A stretch of 64,000 nucleotides of DNA from positions 2,885 to 66,884 of the forward strand of contig CAZLUD010000003.1 of NCBI GenBank assembly GCA_964562615.1. Direction: 5' to 3'. The stretch's first letter is position 1, and each line of letters opens with the position of its first letter. The notes under the pieces were generated by a model that was not told the origin of the DNA, made no database searches, and was given only the letters and a program-made list of their open reading frames with translations. Positions 59,833 through 64,000 of the stretch are shown here, piece by piece. The stretch comes from an uncultured Candidatus Saccharibacteria bacterium (GTDB lineage Bacteria > Patescibacteriota > Minisyncoccia > Phycocordibacterales > UBA12088). Made by a program: the position numbers and the translations under genes.

Positions 59833-61149
59833 ATGAAGACTTGCTTCATCTCTGACTTCCTTGCTGCAAATCCTGGTGGGGCAGCTACCCTCCATGGATG
59901 GCTGCGAAGTCGCAGGCGGCAAGGCAGGATCATTTTTCTCGACGTCGTTGATTCCACGGGCGTAATCCAGGTGGTTGTCGAGAAGTTGTCAGTGAACCAG
60001 GACGAATTCGAACAAGCCTCAAAGGTGGCGCTTGAGTCGGGCGTTATGGTATCTGGCGTACTTCAGAGCCGAAATAGGAAGACAAACGAGATTCACGCGA
60101 GTTCGTTTGTGGTTGTTGGCGAGGCGATGCTTCGTCTTGACCCGCAACCACGATCAGACTTTGATCCCTTCGACGAGCGTCTTACAAGACAGATGCTGGA
60201 ATTTCGCCATATTTACCTTCGTAATCCGAAAGTGATGGCGGTTCTTCAGTTTCGGTCAGAGCTGATGCGTATAGTCCGGGAGTGGTTCTACCAGAATCAT
60301 TTCATGGAATTCGATGCGCCGATCCTCACGCCAACTCCACTTTATGATGGAAAAACCGCCATGACGATCAATGTGCACGGTGAGGATTTATTTCTCTCAC
60401 AGTGCGCTGGCTTCTACCTTGAAGCTGCGGTACACGCATTCGAACGTATCTTCAACATGGGACCTAGCTTCCGCGGTGAAGAGTCGCATAGCAAGCGACA
60501 TCTGATGGAATACTGGCACATAAAGGCAGAAGTTGCCTTCGGTAATCGAGAAGATATCATCGGCTTGGTCGAGGATATTCTCGGTTACATCACTCGAGAA
60601 TGCCGGCAACGTTGCCAAGACATGCTTACAGTTCTCGGTACGAACTTGTGTTTAGACGGGCTAAGATCGCCGTTTCCTCGTATCACCTACGAGGAAGCGG
60701 TTGCCTACCTGAAGGGTATGGGCGTCGATGCCGAATTCGGCAAGGCGCTAAGTACGGCGGACGAGGAAAAGCTCTCCGGGTACTTCAAGAGTCCGTTTTG
60801 GATTGTCGGCATTCCTCGCGCGGTTGAGCCGTTCCCTTATGTGATTGACCCCAACGACACTCGTGTGACAATGGTGGCTGATCTCATCGCGAGCAATGGT
60901 TGTGGTGAATTGCTCGGCGTTGCCGAGAAGATCTATGACCCGTCGATGCTCGATGAACGACTTCGAGAGAAGGGTAAGCTCGGCGAACCGCGCTATCAGT
61001 TCGTTCGTGACGTTCATGCCGCTGGCTGTGTGCCTCACATCGCCTTTGGTATGGGACTCGAGCGGCTGATCCGTTGGTTGCTCAACATCCCACATGTTCG
61101 TGATGCTATCCCGTTCCCACGAGTAGTGCGTCGTCAAGTCTATCCCTGA
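59833..61149 (+). CDS. AsnRS-like class IIb synthetase paralog with remodelled amino-acid pocket
   Basis: OB fold, motif 2 FRGE..SKRHL.E, motif 3 GMGLER; noncanonical SQCAGFYLE, WHIKAE, GVAEK. Confidence 0.85.
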   Translation: MKTCFISDFLAANPGGAATLHGWLRSRRRQGRIIFLDVVDSTGVIQVVVEKLSVNQDEFEQASKVALESGVMVSGVLQSRNRKTNEIHASSFVVVGEAMLRLDPQPRSDFDPFDERLTRQMLEFRHIYLRNPKVMAVLQFRSELMRIVREWFYQNHFMEFDAPILTPTPLYDGKTAMTINVHGEDLFLSQCAGFYLEAAVHAFERIFNMGPSFRGEESHSKRHLMEYWHIKAEVAFGNREDIIGLVEDILGYITRECRQRCQDMLTVLGTNLCLDGLRSPFPRITYEEAVAYLKGMGVDAEFGKALSTADEEKLSGYFKSPFWIVGIPRAVEPFPYVIDPNDTRVTMVADLIASNGCGELLGVAEKIYDPSMLDERLREKGKLGEPRYQFVRDVHAAGCVPHIAFGMGLERLIRWLLNIPHVRDAIPFPRVVRRQVYP

Positions 61150-61167
61150 TCAACTTGGAGTAGAGAG

Positions 61168-62478
61168 ATGAAGGACAGAACCACGGTACGCGACCTTCGA
61201 GGTCGCGTTGGTCAAACCGTCTCTGTAATGGGTTTTGCGGATACAGTCCGTAACCAGAAGCAGATACAGTTTCTTGTCTTGCGTGATCATACTGGCAAAG
61301 CTCAGATGGTGCACAGCAAGGCCAACGGTCCCGACGGTATTACGGAGACGATCAAATCACTGAGTCTTGAGTCGGCAATCGTTGTGACTGGTATGGTGGT
61401 CGAGGCCCCTAATGTCAAGCTTGGTGGCATCGAGCTTCAGATCCAGTCGATTGAGGTAAGTAGTGTGGCGGAGTCACCACTCCCTATTACTGCCGAATCG
61501 GTACTCGATAAGCAAATGGACTGGCGACAGTTGAGCTTGCGCCAGCCGAAGAATCTGCTCATCTTCCAGATTCAGACCACTATGGAGAATGCCATGCGGT
61601 CGTTCTGGTTGAGAAGGGATTTCATCGAGATTCACTCGCCGAAGCTCATGGGTACGGCAAGCGAATCGGGGGCGGAATTGTTTTCGCTTCCGTACTTCAA
61701 TGACTGGACGGCCTACCTCGCTCAATCGCCGCAATTCTACAAGCAGATGGCGATGGCGGCTGGGTTCGATCGTATCTTTGAAATCGGTCCTGTGTTTCGT
61801 GCGAACCCTTCCATGACATCTCGACACGACACCGAGTTCACCTCGGTTGATATGGAGATCTCGTGGATCGAATCTCACGAAGACATCATGCACTTCGAGG
61901 AAGAGTGGCTGGCCTACGTGCTAGCGAAAGTCGAAGAGAAACATGGTGATGCGATCAAGGAGACCTTCGGAGTCGAATTGATCGTGCCAACCACGCCATT
62001 TCCTCGGATGTCGCTAGCAGATGCTCGCGCCATTCTCGCCAAGAAAGGGCACGTAATCAACCACAAGGAGGATCTTGACCCCCCAGGTGAACGTCTGTTG
62101 AGTGCTCATGTCAGGGAGGAGCTCGGGCACGAGTTCATCTTCGTAACCGACTATCCGGCCGAGGTGCGGGCATTCTATCATATGCGACACCCAGATCGCC
62201 CCGACCTCACCAAGAGCTTCGACCTACTTTGGAAGGGGCTCGAGATCACAACTGGGGCACAACGTGAGCACCGACTTGAGAAGCTGAAGGAACAAGCAAT
62301 CGATCGTGGGTTCGCTCATGGTCCGCTCGAGCACTACTTCAATTTCTTCCGGTATGGATGCCCACCGCACGGCGGCTGTGGCGTTGGTCTGACGCGTCTG
62401 CTGATGATCATATTAGGTCGATCAAATGTGCGGGAGGTGACGTTCCTTTATCGAGGGATGAACCGGCTCACACCGTAA
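61168..62478 (+). CDS. aspS: Archaeal-type aspartate--tRNA ligase, probably non-discriminating
   Basis: 436 aa with no GAD insertion; LAQSPQFYKQ, RH.TEFTSVD.E, EITTGAQRE, PPHGG. Confidence 0.9.
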   Translation: MKDRTTVRDLRGRVGQTVSVMGFADTVRNQKQIQFLVLRDHTGKAQMVHSKANGPDGITETIKSLSLESAIVVTGMVVEAPNVKLGGIELQIQSIEVSSVAESPLPITAESVLDKQMDWRQLSLRQPKNLLIFQIQTTMENAMRSFWLRRDFIEIHSPKLMGTASESGAELFSLPYFNDWTAYLAQSPQFYKQMAMAAGFDRIFEIGPVFRANPSMTSRHDTEFTSVDMEISWIESHEDIMHFEEEWLAYVLAKVEEKHGDAIKETFGVELIVPTTPFPRMSLADARAILAKKGHVINHKEDLDPPGERLLSAHVREELGHEFIFVTDYPAEVRAFYHMRHPDRPDLTKSFDLLWKGLEITTGAQREHRLEKLKEQAIDRGFAHGPLEHYFNFFRYGCPPHGGCGVGLTRLLMIILGRSNVREVTFLYRGMNRLTP

Positions 62479-62488
62479 TCCCAACTTG

Positions 62489-62522
62489 ACTCGGGGCAGC
62501 AATGCCCCGAGTTTTCTTTTTG
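62489..62522 (+). terminator. Intrinsic terminator after aspS
   Basis: ACTCGGGGCA-GCAA-TGCCCCGAGT plus T run. Confidence 0.8.
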
Positions 62523-62548
62523 TATACTCGAGTTATAATGTTCAATAT

Positions 62549-63016
62549 ATGGAACATAAAGAAAATTGTATTTTTTGTAAAATTGTATCTGGAGAGTCTC
62601 CTTGTCATAAAATTTGGGAAGACGAGAAGCACCTAGCTTTTTTGTCTATCTTTCCAAACACAGAGGGTTTTTCTGTTGTTATTACCAAAGATCACAACAG
62701 TAGTTATCTATTTGATCTCTCTGAGGAGGTTGTGAATGGTATCGTGCATGCAGCAAGACAAACTGCGAAGTTGTTGGATGAAAAACTTGAAGATGTTGGT
62801 CGTACCGGCATGATGTTCGAAGGGTTTGGTGTCGATCACATCCACGCAAAACTTTTTCCAATGCATGGCACCGTTGCAGATACTTGGGAAAAGAGATCTT
62901 CAAATGTTGAAAAATACTTTGAACAGTACGAAGGGTACATTTCTTCTCATGACTACAAACGGGAAGATGACGAAAAGCTTGCTAAGCTTGCTAAAAAAAT
63001 ACGTGGTGAGGAATAA
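62549..63016 (+). CDS. HIT-family hydrolase (HxHxK variant)
   Basis: CIFCKIV, AFLSIFP, VDHIHAKL. Confidence 0.9.
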   Translation: MEHKENCIFCKIVSGESPCHKIWEDEKHLAFLSIFPNTEGFSVVITKDHNSSYLFDLSEEVVNGIVHAARQTAKLLDEKLEDVGRTGMMFEGFGVDHIHAKLFPMHGTVADTWEKRSSNVEKYFEQYEGYISSHDYKREDDEKLAKLAKKIRGEE

Positions 63017-63023
63017 ATAAAGA

Positions 63024-63053
63024 AGATGGTCCCGCTCATAGGCGGGACCATCT
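63024..63053. terminator. Hairpin between convergent genes
   Basis: AGATGGTCCCGC-TCATAG-GCGGGACCATCT. Confidence 0.7.
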
Positions 63054-63055
63054 CG

Positions 63056-64000
63056 TCAGAATCCATACACTGCTTCTGCTGTTTTTCTAAACACCCACTC
63101 TCTCGTGGTGGTCTGTTCATTTTTCGGTAGTTGATCGATGGCAGTTCTGAGCGCGAGCATCGACAACCAGTGTGAATGAACAGCGTTTTCCGCTAAATGA
63201 CCGTATTTACGGAATTCATCTTCATCCACCCAGTGGTAGGGATAGTCACTCACGATGCGCTGACCTTTTTCAGGATGCTCGTATGCAACCGATCGGATGA
63301 GATTCAGTGGTTCGTCAGAGCCGTACAGGATGCGTTTACCACCAAACAAACGCAGTGACATGGCGACCACGTCAGCTGTTGGATTGAGGGCGGTGTCCAT
63401 GAAGACTGTGTCGACCTTGGCAGCTGCTTTGAGTGCATCCTCAAGACCTAGAACTACATGCTTAGAAAGTCCCAAGTGAGCCAAGACTATCCGCAACCGT
63501 GGAAAGTCACGAGTAACCCGTAGAAGATCATCAATACTGTGTACGATCATCCTCGGTAGATGAAGCACTAACGGAATATCAAGAGCTTGTGCCTCCTCGA
63601 GGATCTCTGGTAGGAAGAAGTCATAAATAATCTTGGCAGACGGCTCGACGTATGACCAGTACATCTTGAGTGCTGACACCCGGGGATGCTGAAGCATCTG
63701 ATTGGTATACTCGACGTCTTCCGGAAGTCCAAATATGGCGATCCGGTCTTCAGCAGGACTTTGCTCGAGCAGGTAATCGTTGGCCGACCGATGATCAAGT
63801 CCACGGTAGGTATTCGCAAACCTTAACGAACGCAATCGTTTACCTGGAAAGAACGTTGCTCGCAATCGCTCCGAATCCTCGAGCGGAAAATACGGAAAGG
63901 TGGACAGCATATGCTGACGTGCACGTGGATCGATATCGATGACATGCGCTGCAAGACTGCAGTGAGCGTGAGCATCGATTACGTCGTCAGGTAGCCAGTC
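63056..64000 (-). CDS. Metal-dependent amidohydrolase (TIM barrel), 5'-partial
   Basis: Frame is open to the window edge and adds VIDAHAH upstream of the listed ORF; LVLH, LAHLG, YGSDEP motifs. Confidence 0.88.
   Translation of the reverse strand, partial: DWLPDDVIDAHAHCSLAAHVIDIDPRARQHMLSTFPYFPLEDSERLRATFFPGKRLRSLRFANTYRGLDHRSANDYLLEQSPAEDRIAIFGLPEDVEYTNQMLQHPRVSALKMYWSYVEPSAKIIYDFFLPEILEEAQALDIPLVLHLPRMIVHSIDDLLRVTRDFPRLRIVLAHLGLSKHVVLGLEDALKAAAKVDTVFMDTALNPTADVVAMSLRLFGGKRILYGSDEPLNLIRSVAYEHPEKGQRIVSDYPYHWVDEDEFRKYGHLAENAVHSHWLSMLALRTAIDQLPKNEQTTTREWVFRKTAEAVYGF

Overview
This is a chromosomal segment of a Patescibacteria (CPR) bacterium, most likely a Parcubacteria. The evidence is CPR-type surface proteins, rplK without rplA, mostly SD-less starts and a compact housekeeping gene set. 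The backbone carries uppS, a RluA-family enzyme, rplS, secE-nusG-rplK, dcd/glyA, argS, ileS, recO, glyQS, metG, tatD, rpsF-ssb-rpsR, efp, recA, ftsK and two tRNAs (Leu-GAG, His-GUG). Accessory content: a 5'-truncated GNVGIGT-repeat fibre/adhesin, a FIST-kinase-receiver module, a GC-rich prkA-yeaH-spoVR block, a B12 salvage/use locus (class II RNR, PduO, DUF4430, BtuM-like), an AT-rich NDT-like/Nudix pair, an S-layer-like gene with a ~490-nt structured leader, and a GC-rich AsnRS-like + AspRS pair. Three observations stand out. (1) Both tRNA genes are followed by a homologous ~190-bp ORF-less element that duplicates the tRNA 3' end from the same T-loop base, carries an antisense copy of its own host T-arm, and shows compensatory base changes between the two loci. 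(2) A full-length AsnRS paralog has intact ATP and anticodon residues but a rewritten amino-acid pocket, and lies 18 bp upstream of an archaeal-type AspRS. (3) A wHTH gene next to ftsK is studded with GGACA motifs. All product calls come from motif recognition by eye; no searches or folding programs were run.
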